This document shows positions 42,194 through 52,190 of a DNA stretch of 64,000 nt, in pieces. A program made the position numbers and the translations under genes. The notes under the pieces are model-generated. The model ran no database searches. It saw only the letters and a program-made list of their open reading frames with translations, and had not been told where the DNA came from. Within the stretch, counting starts at the first letter, position 1. The number at the start of each line of letters is the position of its first letter. This DNA comes from a bacterium (GTDB taxonomy: Bacteria; UBP14; UBA6098; 4484-93), in NCBI GenBank assembly GCA_021158465.1, contig JAGGUN010000019.1:82796-146795 (forward strand). The letters are read 5' to 3'.

Positions 42194-43659
42194 GAAAGGC
42201 GTATCTATACATAGTTCCACTTATTGCTGGGGCGCTGCTTGGGCTCCTCGTGTCCGCACAGCTTAACATCACGAACAGATCCGACGCAGGGGAGAAGGTT
42301 GATGTCAAGGAGGTAGCTTCCAACAACTCTGGCGATGTCCTTGATATTGTCCCAACAGGGAGGGTGTTAAACGAGATAGCAAAGGGGGTAAAACCATCCG
42401 TTGTTTCCATCACCTCGGAGAGGATATACAGGCTCAGGACAACACCGTTCCCGTTTGAGGATGACTTCTTCCGTTTTTTCTTCAACTACCCTCCGACATT
42501 CGAGCGGGAGTTCAAGGAGTTCGGACTTGGCTCAGGTGTTATTGTAACCGAGGACGGATACATTCTGACAAACAACCATGTGGTCAGGGGTGCTGACAAG
42601 CTAACAGTGCGAGCTGGTGATAAGAAGTATAAGGCTGAGGTTGTTGGAATGGACGAGAAGACGGATATAGCAGTTGTGAAGATAGATCCAGGTGGCGAGA
42701 AGCTTCACCCAGCGAAGATAGGTGATTCGGATAAGCTCGTTGTCGGTGAGTGGGTTGTTGCCATCGGAAACCCGTTCAGGCTGGAGCAGACAGTGACTGC
42801 TGGCATTGTCAGTGCGACGGGACGCTCCAATATCGGGCTCACAGAATACGAGAACTTCATCCAGACTGACTGCGCAATAAACCCAGGAAATTCTGGCGGA
42901 GCACTTGTGAATCTGAAGGGGGAGCTTGTGGGGATAAACACAGCTATCATCTCGCGCTCGGGTGGTTCCGAAGGTATCGGGCTTGCCATACCTATCAACA
43001 TCGCCAAATCGGTTATGCAGTCCATCATCACAAAAGGGTATGTATCACGTGGCTGGCTCGGTGTGTACATTCAGGACATAAATGAGAACCTGAAAAAGGC
43101 GTTCGGGCTCGACACAGATAAGGGCGTTCTCGTGTCAAGCGTTGTAGAGGGTTCCCCTGCAGAGGAGGCGGGAATAAAGCCCGGCGATGTCATCCTTAAA
43201 ATAGACGGCAAGGAGATAGAGAACAGCTTGGAGCTGAGAACGAAGATAGCGTCCTCTTCTCCAGGAACCAAGGTCACCATTACTCTCCTGAGGGACGGCA
43301 AAAAGAAGAAAGTTGATGTTATTCTCGGCGAGATGGAGCACGAAGAGATAGCAGAGAATAAGACATCCGGAGAAAAGCTCGGGCTTGTTGTGGAGAACAT
43401 AACCTCTAAGATAGCAAGAAGCCTTGATATTCCAGAGGGTACAGAGGGGGTCGTTGTCACCGATGTTGAGCCTGGCTCGAGAGCAGAGGATGCAGGACTG
43501 CAGAAGGGCGATATAATCAAAGAGGTCAACAGACATCCAATCACCAATGTTAGAGAGTTCACAAAAAGGATCAAAGAAGCGGATGGAGAAAATGTTATAC
43601 TCCTTCTGATAGAAAGGGATGGGGCAGACTTTTTCGTTGCTATCCCAGAGGAGGAATGA
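42190..43659 (+). CDS. htrA: Periplasmic serine endoprotease HtrA/DegP family: trypsin-like domain plus two PDZ domains.
   Basis: Catalytic triad contexts TNNHVV (His), DIAVVKID (Asp), GNSGGALVN (Ser). Two PDZ-like segments. N-terminal membrane or signal helix (MRKAYLYIVPLIAGALLGLLVSA). RBS GGGGGTG upstream. Confidence 0.9.
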   Translation: MRKAYLYIVPLIAGALLGLLVSAQLNITNRSDAGEKVDVKEVASNNSGDVLDIVPTGRVLNEIAKGVKPSVVSITSERIYRLRTTPFPFEDDFFRFFFNYPPTFEREFKEFGLGSGVIVTEDGYILTNNHVVRGADKLTVRAGDKKYKAEVVGMDEKTDIAVVKIDPGGEKLHPAKIGDSDKLVVGEWVVAIGNPFRLEQTVTAGIVSATGRSNIGLTEYENFIQTDCAINPGNSGGALVNLKGELVGINTAIISRSGGSEGIGLAIPINIAKSVMQSIITKGYVSRGWLGVYIQDINENLKKAFGLDTDKGVLVSSVVEGSPAEEAGIKPGDVILKIDGKEIENSLELRTKIASSSPGTKVTITLLRDGKKKKVDVILGEMEHEEIAENKTSGEKLGLVVENITSKIARSLDIPEGTEGVVVTDVEPGSRAEDAGLQKGDIIKEVNRHPITNVREFTKRIKEADGENVILLLIERDGADFFVAIPEEE

Positions 43660-43660
43660 T

Positions 43661-44578
43661 ATGGTCGAGGCAGTTTCTCTCGTCAAGCGGTTTGGTGAGG
43701 TCACAGCGGTTGACAATCTGAGCTTCCGCGTTGAGAAGAACGAAGTGCTCGGCTTCCTCGGACCGAACGGTGCAGGGAAGACAACCACGATGAGAATGCT
43801 GACAGGATACTTCACACCGACATCAGGGGAGGTGTATATAAACGGTATCAGTATGGTGGAGAACCCGAGAGAAGCCAAGCGGTTCATAGGCTACCTGCCG
43901 GAGCACCCTACCCTTTATCCTGATATGAGAGTGGAGGAATATCTGCGGTTTGTAGCGGAGCTTCACGGTGTGAAGAGGATGAAGGAGAGGCTCGACTATG
44001 TCCGGGAAGTCTGCTCGCTTTCGCCTGTGTGGAGCAGGCTTATCTCCCAGATTTCCAAGGGGTTCTGTCAGCGGGTAGGACTGGCGATGGCGATAGTGCA
44101 TAATCCATCTGTGATTATCCTTGACGAGCCAACAATCGGGCTCGACCCGGAGCAGATTATAGAAACAAGAAACCTCATAAAAACCCTTGGTAAGGAGCAT
44201 TCTGTCATACTCTCGACCCATATACTCTCAGAAGCGAATATGACCTGCGACCGTGTTATGATTATAAACAAAGGAAGGCTGGTTGGTGAAGGGACACCTG
44301 AAAGGCTTTCAGAGAACCTACGGAAGAAACGGAATATCAGTCTCGTCGTCGGCAGCGAAGTAGCTAAGACCCTCTTCTCCGGAATTCCAGTCGAAATTCA
44401 GAAGCAGGAAAAACTCGATGATAAGTTTAGGCTCGAGCTCTCGTTCCCAGCAGAGGAAGACCTCTGTCCCGAGCTCGTCAGGAGAATAACAGAAGCAGGA
44501 ATAAGCCTCTATCAAATGCAAGAGAAGAAACCGACCCTCGAGGAGATATTCCTCTCCCTTGTTAAGGAGGCGTTATGA
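43661..44578 (+). CDS. ABC transporter ATP-binding protein (GldA-like, ABC-2 type).
   Basis: Walker A GPNGAGKTTT. ABC signature and Walker B (LDEPTIGLDP). RBS GAGGAGG. The start overlaps the end of htrA. Confidence 0.85.
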   Translation: MVEAVSLVKRFGEVTAVDNLSFRVEKNEVLGFLGPNGAGKTTTMRMLTGYFTPTSGEVYINGISMVENPREAKRFIGYLPEHPTLYPDMRVEEYLRFVAELHGVKRMKERLDYVREVCSLSPVWSRLISQISKGFCQRVGLAMAIVHNPSVIILDEPTIGLDPEQIIETRNLIKTLGKEHSVILSTHILSEANMTCDRVMIINKGRLVGEGTPERLSENLRKKRNISLVVGSEVAKTLFSGIPVEIQKQEKLDDKFRLELSFPAEEDLCPELVRRITEAGISLYQMQEKKPTLEEIFLSLVKEAL

Positions 44579-45360
44579 GAGGAATTGGACCAATATACAA
44601 GCGAGAGATTAACTCCTACTTTACATCACCCGTGGCTTATGTCATCATAACGGCGTTCCTCTTCATTGCCGGGTTCATCTTTTACAACCTGCTGTCGTAT
44701 TTTGCCCTGCAGTGTATCCAGAGCGTTAGATATGCTCAGCTTTATCGTATGGTTCCGCCCCCAATGAACGTAAACAGCTGGGTTGTGACGCCCTTTTTGC
44801 AGAACCTTGCATTCATATTTCTCATAGTCATTCCGCTTTTGACAATGAGGCTATTTGCCGAGGAGAAGCGCCAGGGGACAATGGAAATGCTGCTTACCGC
44901 TCCAATCTCCAGCTGGGAGATAATTCTTGGCAAGTTCTTCGCCGCGACGACGGTCTTCCTTGTAATGCTCGCTCTGACATTCATTTACCAGATTATGCTT
45001 ATCATTCATGGTGAGCCAGACATTCCTCCCGTTCTCAGCGGATACCTCGGAATATTCCTCTTCGGACTTACCTTTATCGCACTGGGGATGTTCATCTCAT
45101 CCCTCACCAAAAACCAGATTGTGGCTGCCTTCGTCTCGATTGTTCTGTTTCTTTTCCTGTGGATTATCAACTGGTCATCCATATTTACGACGAAAACAGC
45201 CGTTCAGGATACCCTTAGTTATCTCTCCATCACCGAGCATCTCAGAGAGTTCATCAAGGGGGTAGTGGATACAAAAAGTCTTATCTTCTTCCTGTCGCTT
45301 ACATTTTTGGGGCTTTTTCTAACGGACAAATCATTGCAAATCTGGCGATGGAAGGGGTGA
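44575..45360 (+). CDS. ABC-2 family transporter permease (GldF-like).
   Basis: Six predicted transmembrane helices. ABC-2 permease-like N-terminus (IYKREINSYFTSPVAYVIITAFLF). Coupled to the upstream ATPase gene by a 4-nt overlap. Confidence 0.7.
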   Translation: MRGIGPIYKREINSYFTSPVAYVIITAFLFIAGFIFYNLLSYFALQCIQSVRYAQLYRMVPPPMNVNSWVVTPFLQNLAFIFLIVIPLLTMRLFAEEKRQGTMEMLLTAPISSWEIILGKFFAATTVFLVMLALTFIYQIMLIIHGEPDIPPVLSGYLGIFLFGLTFIALGMFISSLTKNQIVAAFVSIVLFLFLWIINWSSIFTTKTAVQDTLSYLSITEHLREFIKGVVDTKSLIFFLSLTFLGLFLTDKSLQIWRWKG

Positions 45361-45361
45361 T

Positions 45362-46858
45362 ATGAAAAGGATAGTTCCGCTTATAGGTGCGATCGGAGTC
45401 GTTCTCCTTATAGCCGGCATCGGGCTTGTCTACATCTCTGCTGGGATAGTGGCATACATTCTCACCGGAGCAGGTGGGGCAGCGCTTATTGCCTCTCTCG
45501 TCCTAAGGATTTTGGAGGTTGCCAGAATACATGAGGGAACTCGCCCAAGAAAGGAGAGGATGAGTCTTGTTCTTCTCATCGTGATAGTTCTGGTGATTGT
45601 GGGGATACTGAACTTCCTCGGGATAAGGCACAGCGCAAGGTTTGACCTCACAGCTAACAAAAAATACTCACTCGCTCCACAGACAGTAAAGGTCCTGCAA
45701 GGACTTGAAACTGATGTTACAATATCTGTCTTTGACAAGAAAGATTCGCCGCTTATCTCCAAGGCAAGGGAGCTTCTGAAAGGATACAGGCACTATTCGA
45801 GCAAGATAAAGGATGTTTACATCGACCCTGACAGGCAGCCGGATAAGGCGCGGGAGATGGGGGTGAGCGAGTACGGTACTGTAATCGTTCAATCAGGCAA
45901 CAGAACAGAGAGGCTAAAGAAGCTCGAGGAAAACGAGATAACAAACGCTATTATCCGAGTAACAAGCGAACGGCAGAAGAGGATATACTTTTTAACCGGT
46001 CACGGTGAGCACAATATAAACGACGAAGAAGGGGCGGATGGATATGGGCTGGCGAGAAAGGAACTGGAAAACAGTAATCATACTGTAGACGAACTTATGC
46101 TACTTGCGGAGGTGGATATTCCCGATGACTGTGACCTGCTCGTTGTCGCAGGACCGAAAAGGGAGCTTCTAACACCTGAAAGGGAGAAGATAAAGGAGTT
46201 TCTCGATAAGGGAGGTTCACTCCTCTTTATGTGTAACCCGAGGGAAGCAGATTCAACTGTCGCTTGGCTCGAGAACACGCTCGGAATCGATATCGGTAAT
46301 GACATCGTAGTGGATGTCAGTATGGTCGGCAAGATATTTGGAGCAAACGAGTTTATGCCCATAGCCTCCGAATATTCCAAAACCCATCCGATAACGGAGG
46401 AAATGGGGAACAACGCCACAGTTTTTCCACTCGCTCGATCTGTATCCGCCGATACCACAGGGTTTGAGGAGATTGTGAAGACACTTCCTCGCTCCTGGGG
46501 GGAGACAGATATTGATAACGAACAGTTCAAATTCGAGCCTGATAAAGATGTCCCGGGACCCGTTCCGCTCGCTATTGCAGGGACGATGAAATCGAGGGCG
46601 AGGGTTGCTGTCTTTGGTGACTCCGATTTTGCCTCCAATACATACATATCCTTTATGATGAACAAGGACCTCTTCCTTAACACCATCAGCTGGCTCGTCG
46701 AGGAGGAAAACAAGATAGCCATCCGCCCAAAGCAGGAGGAGGATAGGAGAATCACCCTCACCAGAGGGCAGAGCAGAACAATATTCTATATATCGGTCAT
46801 TGCCCTGCCCCTTGTCGCATTGCTTGTAGGCACCGTCATCTGGTGGAGGAGAAGATGA
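45362..46858 (+). CDS. ABC-transport auxiliary component, GldG-like: N- and C-terminal transmembrane anchors flanking a large periplasmic domain.
   Basis: Its topology (two N-terminal TM helices, one C-terminal TM helix with RRR) and its position after an ABC ATPase and ABC-2 permease mirror the gldA-gldF-gldG arrangement. The family assignment rests on architecture and gene context. Confidence 0.55.
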   Translation: MKRIVPLIGAIGVVLLIAGIGLVYISAGIVAYILTGAGGAALIASLVLRILEVARIHEGTRPRKERMSLVLLIVIVLVIVGILNFLGIRHSARFDLTANKKYSLAPQTVKVLQGLETDVTISVFDKKDSPLISKARELLKGYRHYSSKIKDVYIDPDRQPDKAREMGVSEYGTVIVQSGNRTERLKKLEENEITNAIIRVTSERQKRIYFLTGHGEHNINDEEGADGYGLARKELENSNHTVDELMLLAEVDIPDDCDLLVVAGPKRELLTPEREKIKEFLDKGGSLLFMCNPREADSTVAWLENTLGIDIGNDIVVDVSMVGKIFGANEFMPIASEYSKTHPITEEMGNNATVFPLARSVSADTTGFEEIVKTLPRSWGETDIDNEQFKFEPDKDVPGPVPLAIAGTMKSRARVAVFGDSDFASNTYISFMMNKDLFLNTISWLVEEENKIAIRPKQEEDRRITLTRGQSRTIFYISVIALPLVALLVGTVIWWRRR

Positions 46859-48498
46859 AAAGGTTCGCCATACCGATCGTAATCCTCGTTTCGCTTACGG
46901 CGTTCCTATTCTTCTTTGAGATACCAAGGGGAAAGAAACAAGCGTTAGAACAGCATCTCATTCCAGAGCTTTGTCTTACCGAGGTTAACCAGTTCGAGAT
47001 ATCATCTCGAGAGGTGAACGCAAAGCTCGTAAAGGATACGCTCGGTATCTGGTGGATAAAGGACCCCATCGAGACAAGAGCGGACTCTGCCACGATCACT
47101 CGGATCCTCACGGCGCTTGATACAGCAAGGATTGAGGAGGTGATCGAGGCAACCGACAGACCGACGAAATTTGGGCTGGATGAGCAGAACCGAATAACCT
47201 TCGTCCATCAAAAGGATACACTGCTTGTCGGCAGAAGCAATCCAACAGGAAGATTGTGCTATGTTAAGAGCTCGAGAAAAGAGAATCTGTTGCTCGTTCC
47301 TGATGTTGTCAGACGAAGCCTCACCAAAACCCTATACGACCTAAGGGACAAATCGGTATTCCACTTCGACCCGAAGGATGCTGTCAAGCTTGAGATAGCA
47401 AGACCCTCCGATACAATCAGAGCAGAAAAATCCCCAGACGGCACCTGGAGAGTCGTTGAGCCAGAGAATTTCATCTGCGAGAAGGCACAGGTTATGCTCA
47501 TCCTGAACGCAATTGCACATATGAAAGCGAAGAGCTTTGTGCGCGAGACGGCGGACTCGCTGGGAAGATACGGTCTCCTTAAACCAGATGTGAAAGCAGT
47601 GGTTCGGCTCAAGGATGGAGAGGAGAGGACCTTCCTGATCTCGAGCAAGCAATCAGAAGCAAAATACAATTACGCAGAAAACCCCGAGATGGGAAAGATT
47701 ATCACGGTCAGCCCAATTGTTTTCAAAAGGTTAACGGTCGAACCTGACCAACTGCGGATAAAAACGCTTCTTACACTTTCCGATATCGATTCTATAAGGA
47801 TCGAAGGAAAGCATACCCTTCTGATCAGGAACAGATTCGGCAGGTTTAGCATAGAAGGTCAAGCAAGGACAGATCAGGGTATTGTTCAATCTATGATAAG
47901 GAAATTCACAAACATAAAGGCAGACTCCCTCCTGCGAAATGTTATGTGCGAACGGACAGGCAAGAGAATAAGCTTCTTCTCGGGAAAAGAGTCCGAGCAT
48001 TTCCTGCTCTGCGGTAAGAGGGGAAACCACATTCTCATTAAGAAGAAAAATGAGAAAATATTATATCTTATGCCAGCCTCGATGGCGGATTGGTTCGATA
48101 AATCAGCAGACGATTTCCTCGACAAGCGTTTCCTCACCTTCGATAAGGAAGAGATAAGTAAGGTCACACTGCTGGTGAACGACACCACATTCGAGGCTGT
48201 GAAAGGGGAAAAGGGTTGGCAACTAACTTTACCTCGTAAGAAGAAACTTAAGGATGACAGTGTGCGACACCTCGTCGACTATGTTGGCGAACTCAGCTGG
48301 AACGAGCTACTCCCCGACACTACAGAGATAGGGGAGATAAGTATCATTGCCCAAATAGCAAGCAAGAGTGGCGAAGAAATAACGATACAATTCACAGGGG
48401 CTGCTACCTCCAGTGCAATATTTGAGGGAAAGAAATATTCCGTCGACTACTATAAAATCGGAAGAGTAAGAAGTTGGTTCGAGGAGGAAATAAGATGA
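46855..48498 (+). CDS. Membrane-anchored protein, DUF4340-like. This family commonly follows gldG-like genes.
   Basis: N-terminal TM helix (FAIPIVILVSLTAFLFFF). The rest is soluble beta-rich repeats. The assignment rests on gene context and recollection of DUF4340 neighbourhoods. Confidence 0.4.
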   Translation: MKRFAIPIVILVSLTAFLFFFEIPRGKKQALEQHLIPELCLTEVNQFEISSREVNAKLVKDTLGIWWIKDPIETRADSATITRILTALDTARIEEVIEATDRPTKFGLDEQNRITFVHQKDTLLVGRSNPTGRLCYVKSSRKENLLLVPDVVRRSLTKTLYDLRDKSVFHFDPKDAVKLEIARPSDTIRAEKSPDGTWRVVEPENFICEKAQVMLILNAIAHMKAKSFVRETADSLGRYGLLKPDVKAVVRLKDGEERTFLISSKQSEAKYNYAENPEMGKIITVSPIVFKRLTVEPDQLRIKTLLTLSDIDSIRIEGKHTLLIRNRFGRFSIEGQARTDQGIVQSMIRKFTNIKADSLLRNVMCERTGKRISFFSGKESEHFLLCGKRGNHILIKKKNEKILYLMPASMADWFDKSADDFLDKRFLTFDKEEISKVTLLVNDTTFEAVKGEKGWQLTLPRKKKLKDDSVRHLVDYVGELSWNELLPDTTEIGEISIIAQIASKSGEEITIQFTGAATSSAIFEGKKYSVDYYKIGRVRSWFEEEIR

Positions 48499-49397
48499 GA
48501 TCGATTGTTCTGCTGGCACTTTTGTTGCTCTCACCGACGCTCGTTATTGCTCAACCGGATACAACACAGGTCACCACAGACAACCTAACCGTCTCATCCG
48601 AGGTGAACAAAACAGCCCTCCCGCAGAACGATACCCTCATCTTAACCGTTAGCTTCCGTGTCAGCGGAGATATTGACAACTACATCTTCCACGAGATAAA
48701 GCCACCCACCGTCTCTAATCTGAAGCTCTTCAAAACATCATCTGCAAACAGAACAGCCGAGGAGAGCGGAGAGCTTATCACATACAGGGAATACAGATTC
48801 TACTACCTCCCTGTTTCTGTAGGTATGGGCTATATTGACCCCGCTATCCTCTCATACGATTTCGTTCCCGCGGGAACAACTCGCAGACTTGCGACGGCAA
48901 GGATCGAGGTTGAGATAAAAGAGCCTGTAAAGGTTAAGAAAGGTGGCTTCCCCATCTGGATCCTCGCGGTAATAATAGCTGTGGTTCTGGCTATCGTATC
49001 GGCTTATATTATCATCCACAGGCGCAGGAAAACCCCGAAAGAAGAAGAAGAGATACAGGTTCCGCTTGAAGAAGAACTGCTGGAGAAGCTTAAGGAGACA
49101 AAACAGCTACAAAAGGAGGACCCAGATGAGTTTATCGCCAGGATATCAATGCTCACGAGAAGATACATAGCGAGGAAATACAATATCCCTGCTGAGATCG
49201 CCTCGAGAGAGGAATTGGTGCAGGCTTTGAGCGAGCTTGGAGCTCCGAGCTTCTCCAAGTTCGAATGGATACTTAACAGGCTTGACGAGATAAAGTTCGC
49301 CAGGCGTAAACTCCAGACCACCGAAACAGAAGAATTATATGGAAAGCTTGAAGCCATACTGGAAGAGAATCTTCCCAAAGGAGGGGATAATGAATGA
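48495..49397 (+). CDS. BatD-like single-pass membrane protein, first of three BatD-family paralogs in this locus.
   Basis: Signal peptide (MRSIVLLALLLLSPTLVIA), beta-rich ectodomain, TM helix (IWILAVIIAVVLAIVSAYIII) followed by HRRRK. The cytoplasmic helical tail contains FIARISMLTRRYIARKYNIP. This tail resembles the 310-aa paralog (FTQLSDILREYLEARFDVP) and the BatD C-terminus (LISETLEKYISERLLIP). Confidence 0.45.
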   Translation: MRSIVLLALLLLSPTLVIAQPDTTQVTTDNLTVSSEVNKTALPQNDTLILTVSFRVSGDIDNYIFHEIKPPTVSNLKLFKTSSANRTAEESGELITYREYRFYYLPVSVGMGYIDPAILSYDFVPAGTTRRLATARIEVEIKEPVKVKKGGFPIWILAVIIAVVLAIVSAYIIIHRRRKTPKEEEEIQVPLEEELLEKLKETKQLQKEDPDEFIARISMLTRRYIARKYNIPAEIASREELVQALSELGAPSFSKFEWILNRLDEIKFARRKLQTTETEELYGKLEAILEENLPKGGDNE

Positions 49398-50379
49398 GGA
49401 GATTGTAAAGCTGAACGCTGAAATTGAGAAGGAGAGCGAATTCATTGACAGGATTCGTGAGGCAATTCACAAGAGGATAATCGGTCAAGAGGTACTAATC
49501 GACAGGCTACTGATAGGACTTTTATCCGATGGGCACATCCTACTCGAGGGTGTGCCTGGGCTTGCTAAAACACTCGCTGTCAGAACCCTCTCAGATGTTA
49601 TCAACACAAACTTCCAGAGGATTCAGTTCACACCAGACCTCCTTCCAGCGGACATAATCGGTACCCTTGTCTATAACCACCAAACAGGTGAGTTCATCAC
49701 CAAAAAAGGACCGATATTCTCCAACATCATCCTTGCTGATGAGATAAACCGCGCACCAGCAAAGGTACAGTCAGCACTACTCGAGGCAATGCAGGAACGA
49801 CAGGTAACCATCGGTGACGAGACTTTCAAGCTCGATTCGCCGTTCCTTGTTATGGCAACCCAAAACCCTATCGAACAGCAGGGAACATACCCGCTTCCTG
49901 AAGCACAGATCGACCGATTTATGCTGAAGGTGATCATAGATTATCCAAAGAGGGAAGAAGAGAAACAGATTATGAAACTTTACTCAGAGAAGAATTTTAT
50001 CCCTCTCGAACCCGTAGTCGAGCCAAAGGAAATACTCGCCGCAAGAGAACTGGTCAAGAAGATATATGTAGATGAGAAGATAGATAACTACATTCTCGAC
50101 ATCGTATTTGCCACACGACATCCAGAGAAATACGGAATGGAAGAGTTATCCGACCTTATTGCCTGGGGGGCATCACCGAGAGCAAGTATATACCTCAAGA
50201 AGGTTGCTCGTGCCCATGCCTTCATCAAGCACAGGGGGTATGTCACGCCAGAGGATGTCAGAGCAATGCTCTTCGATGTATTGAGGCACAGGGTTATCGT
50301 CACTTATGAGGCGGAGGCAGAGGAGTTGACATCCGAGGATATTATCCGCAAGATAGTCAACAGGATAGAGGTTCCATAA
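49390..50379 (+). CDS. MoxR-family AAA+ ATPase.
   Basis: IIGQEVLIDRLLIGLLSDGHILLEGVPGLAKTLAV (Walker A variant), LADEINRAPAKVQSALLEAMQERQVT and VMATQNP are all typical MoxR motifs. The start is set at ATG 49390 with RBS GGAGGGG. Confidence 0.9.
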   Translation: MNEEIVKLNAEIEKESEFIDRIREAIHKRIIGQEVLIDRLLIGLLSDGHILLEGVPGLAKTLAVRTLSDVINTNFQRIQFTPDLLPADIIGTLVYNHQTGEFITKKGPIFSNIILADEINRAPAKVQSALLEAMQERQVTIGDETFKLDSPFLVMATQNPIEQQGTYPLPEAQIDRFMLKVIIDYPKREEEKQIMKLYSEKNFIPLEPVVEPKEILAARELVKKIYVDEKIDNYILDIVFATRHPEKYGMEELSDLIAWGASPRASIYLKKVARAHAFIKHRGYVTPEDVRAMLFDVLRHRVIVTYEAEAEELTSEDIIRKIVNRIEVP

Positions 50380-50380
50380 T

Positions 50381-51256
50381 ATGATACCGAAGGAGATACT
50401 GAAGCGGATAAGGCGGATCGACCTCAAGACACGTCGACTCGTCAACGACATATTCTCCGGTGAATACCACAGCGTCTTCAAAGGCAGAGGTGTTGAATTC
50501 TCAGAGGTAAGGGAATACGCCGTTGGCGATGATATAAGAACGATAGACTGGAATGTCACTGCTCGGATGAACCGCCCGTATGTCAAGCTGTTCGAAGAGG
50601 AACGCGAGCTGACAGTTATGCTACTGTTCGACATAAGCTCATCCGGTGAGTTCGGCTCTGTCTCACGCCTGAAGCGAGACATCGCAGCGGAGATATGTGC
50701 CGTGCTTGCATTCTCCGCCATCCAGAACAACGACAAGGTTGGACTCATCCTCTTCACTGACACAATCGAGAAGTTCATCCCTCCAAAGAAAGGGAAAAGG
50801 CATATTCTCAGAATCCTGAGAGAACTTTTATACTATAAACCGCAGGACAAAAAGACCGATATTGCAGCCTCCCTTGAGTTTCTCCTTAGAGTGACACAGA
50901 AACGGACTATTTCTTTCCTCGTCTCAGATTTTATCGCAGAAGGATATGAAAAGCCGCTCGCTATAGCCAGCAAGAAGCATGACATAATCCCTGTGGTCAT
51001 AACCGACCCAAGGGAAATAAGCCTCCCATCTATCGGGCTTATTGAGCTTGAGGATGCAGAGACAGGCGAGATGCTGCTGCTCGATACCAAGGATATGAGC
51101 ATTATCAAACAGTTCTCGGAGAGCGCCGTTGCCTCGATAGAGAAGAGAAAAAATATCTTTAACTCCGTCGGGCTGGATACAATAGAAGTTTCAACCGACA
51201 CCGACTACCTGCCAAAGCTTGTGAGCTTCTTCCGCAGGAGGGAAAGAAGGCTTTAA
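50381..51256 (+). CDS. DUF58-family protein, the usual VWA-like partner of MoxR ATPases.
   Basis: VFKGRGVEFSEVREYAVGDDIRTIDWNVTARMNRPYVKLFEEERELTVMLLFDISSS is characteristic of DUF58. Confidence 0.85.
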   Translation: MIPKEILKRIRRIDLKTRRLVNDIFSGEYHSVFKGRGVEFSEVREYAVGDDIRTIDWNVTARMNRPYVKLFEEERELTVMLLFDISSSGEFGSVSRLKRDIAAEICAVLAFSAIQNNDKVGLILFTDTIEKFIPPKKGKRHILRILRELLYYKPQDKKTDIAASLEFLLRVTQKRTISFLVSDFIAEGYEKPLAIASKKHDIIPVVITDPREISLPSIGLIELEDAETGEMLLLDTKDMSIIKQFSESAVASIEKRKNIFNSVGLDTIEVSTDTDYLPKLVSFFRRRERRL

Positions 51257-51267
51257 AAGGAGGAAAG

Positions 51268-52185
51268 ATGGACAACAAACTTCTCAATATTGTTGCTATT
51301 GCTCTCCTCGTTCTAATATTCTTATTCTCCGTTCTAACCTGGGTCTCCGTAAGGGGGACCAAGGAAGAAAATTTATCTACTCTGATAAGCTATGCAAGTA
51401 GGCTCAGGGATTCGGGTCTGTATAAACAGGCTATCGAGACATACGAGAAGCTTCTGGAAAAGGGCAAGCTTAATAAAGAGAAAGCAGAGAACATAATCTA
51501 CACGATCGGGGCGATTTATATGGATGACCTACGAGATTACTCCAACGCTCTTGCTCAATTCTTGAAATTGCGAGAGCTATACCCAAAATCTAACCTCTTA
51601 TCCGATGCACAGAAGAGGATCGTTACCTGTCTGGAGCATATAGGAGAATCAGCGCAGGCGCAGAGAGAGCTTGAGAGAGCAACATCTGTGGGGAGGACAG
51701 AGGAGATCCGCCCAGGTGATATTGTTGTCGCTGAGATCGGTAAGAGAAGAATATCTCTCCGAGAGCTGGATAAGGCTTACAATAACCTCCCTGAACAGAT
51801 GAAGAAGCAGTTTGCAGGAAAGGCAGGGAAGAAGCAGTTCTTGTCGAGCTATGTTGCCCAAGAGCTTGTATATGATGCTGCTGTTCGAGCCGGGCTCGAT
51901 CAGGAACCAGAAATCGCAGAAACCATAGAAAACATCAAGAAGCAGATCCTTCTTCAGGAATACTATAAGAGAAATATAGGGAAGGAGATAAAACCGACGG
52001 AGTCCGACCTCCGGCTTTATTACGATGCACACAAGGATGAGTTCGAAGGGAAAGGCTTCAACGAGGTAAGAGAGACGGTGAAGCAGCGTTATACAGAGGA
52101 AAAGATAAAGGAGAAGGAACAGGAGCTTCTCTCAAAGATGCTCCAGTCACAGGATGTGAAGATATACCCTGATAGCGTAAGGTAA
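51268..52185 (+). CDS. Membrane-anchored protein with a TPR-like region and a SurA/PpiD N-terminal-like chaperone domain.
   Basis: N-terminal TM helix (LLNIVAIALLVLIFLFSVLTWVSV). TPR-like helices. A later segment (ISLRELDKAYNNLPEQMKKQFAGK...QFLSSYVAQELVYDAAVRAGL...KQILLQEYYK) resembles SurA N-terminal domains. Confidence 0.45.
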   Translation: MDNKLLNIVAIALLVLIFLFSVLTWVSVRGTKEENLSTLISYASRLRDSGLYKQAIETYEKLLEKGKLNKEKAENIIYTIGAIYMDDLRDYSNALAQFLKLRELYPKSNLLSDAQKRIVTCLEHIGESAQAQRELERATSVGRTEEIRPGDIVVAEIGKRRISLRELDKAYNNLPEQMKKQFAGKAGKKQFLSSYVAQELVYDAAVRAGLDQEPEIAETIENIKKQILLQEYYKRNIGKEIKPTESDLRLYYDAHKDEFEGKGFNEVRETVKQRYTEEKIKEKEQELLSKMLQSQDVKIYPDSVR

Positions 52186-52190
52186 AGCGT

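Noticed and set aside
43135-43887. 250-aa minus-strand ORF spanning the htrA/ABC ATPase junction
   Set aside because: It is antisense to two strongly supported genes.
46078-46761. 227-aa Ser-rich minus-strand ORF
   Set aside because: It is antisense within the gldG-like gene.
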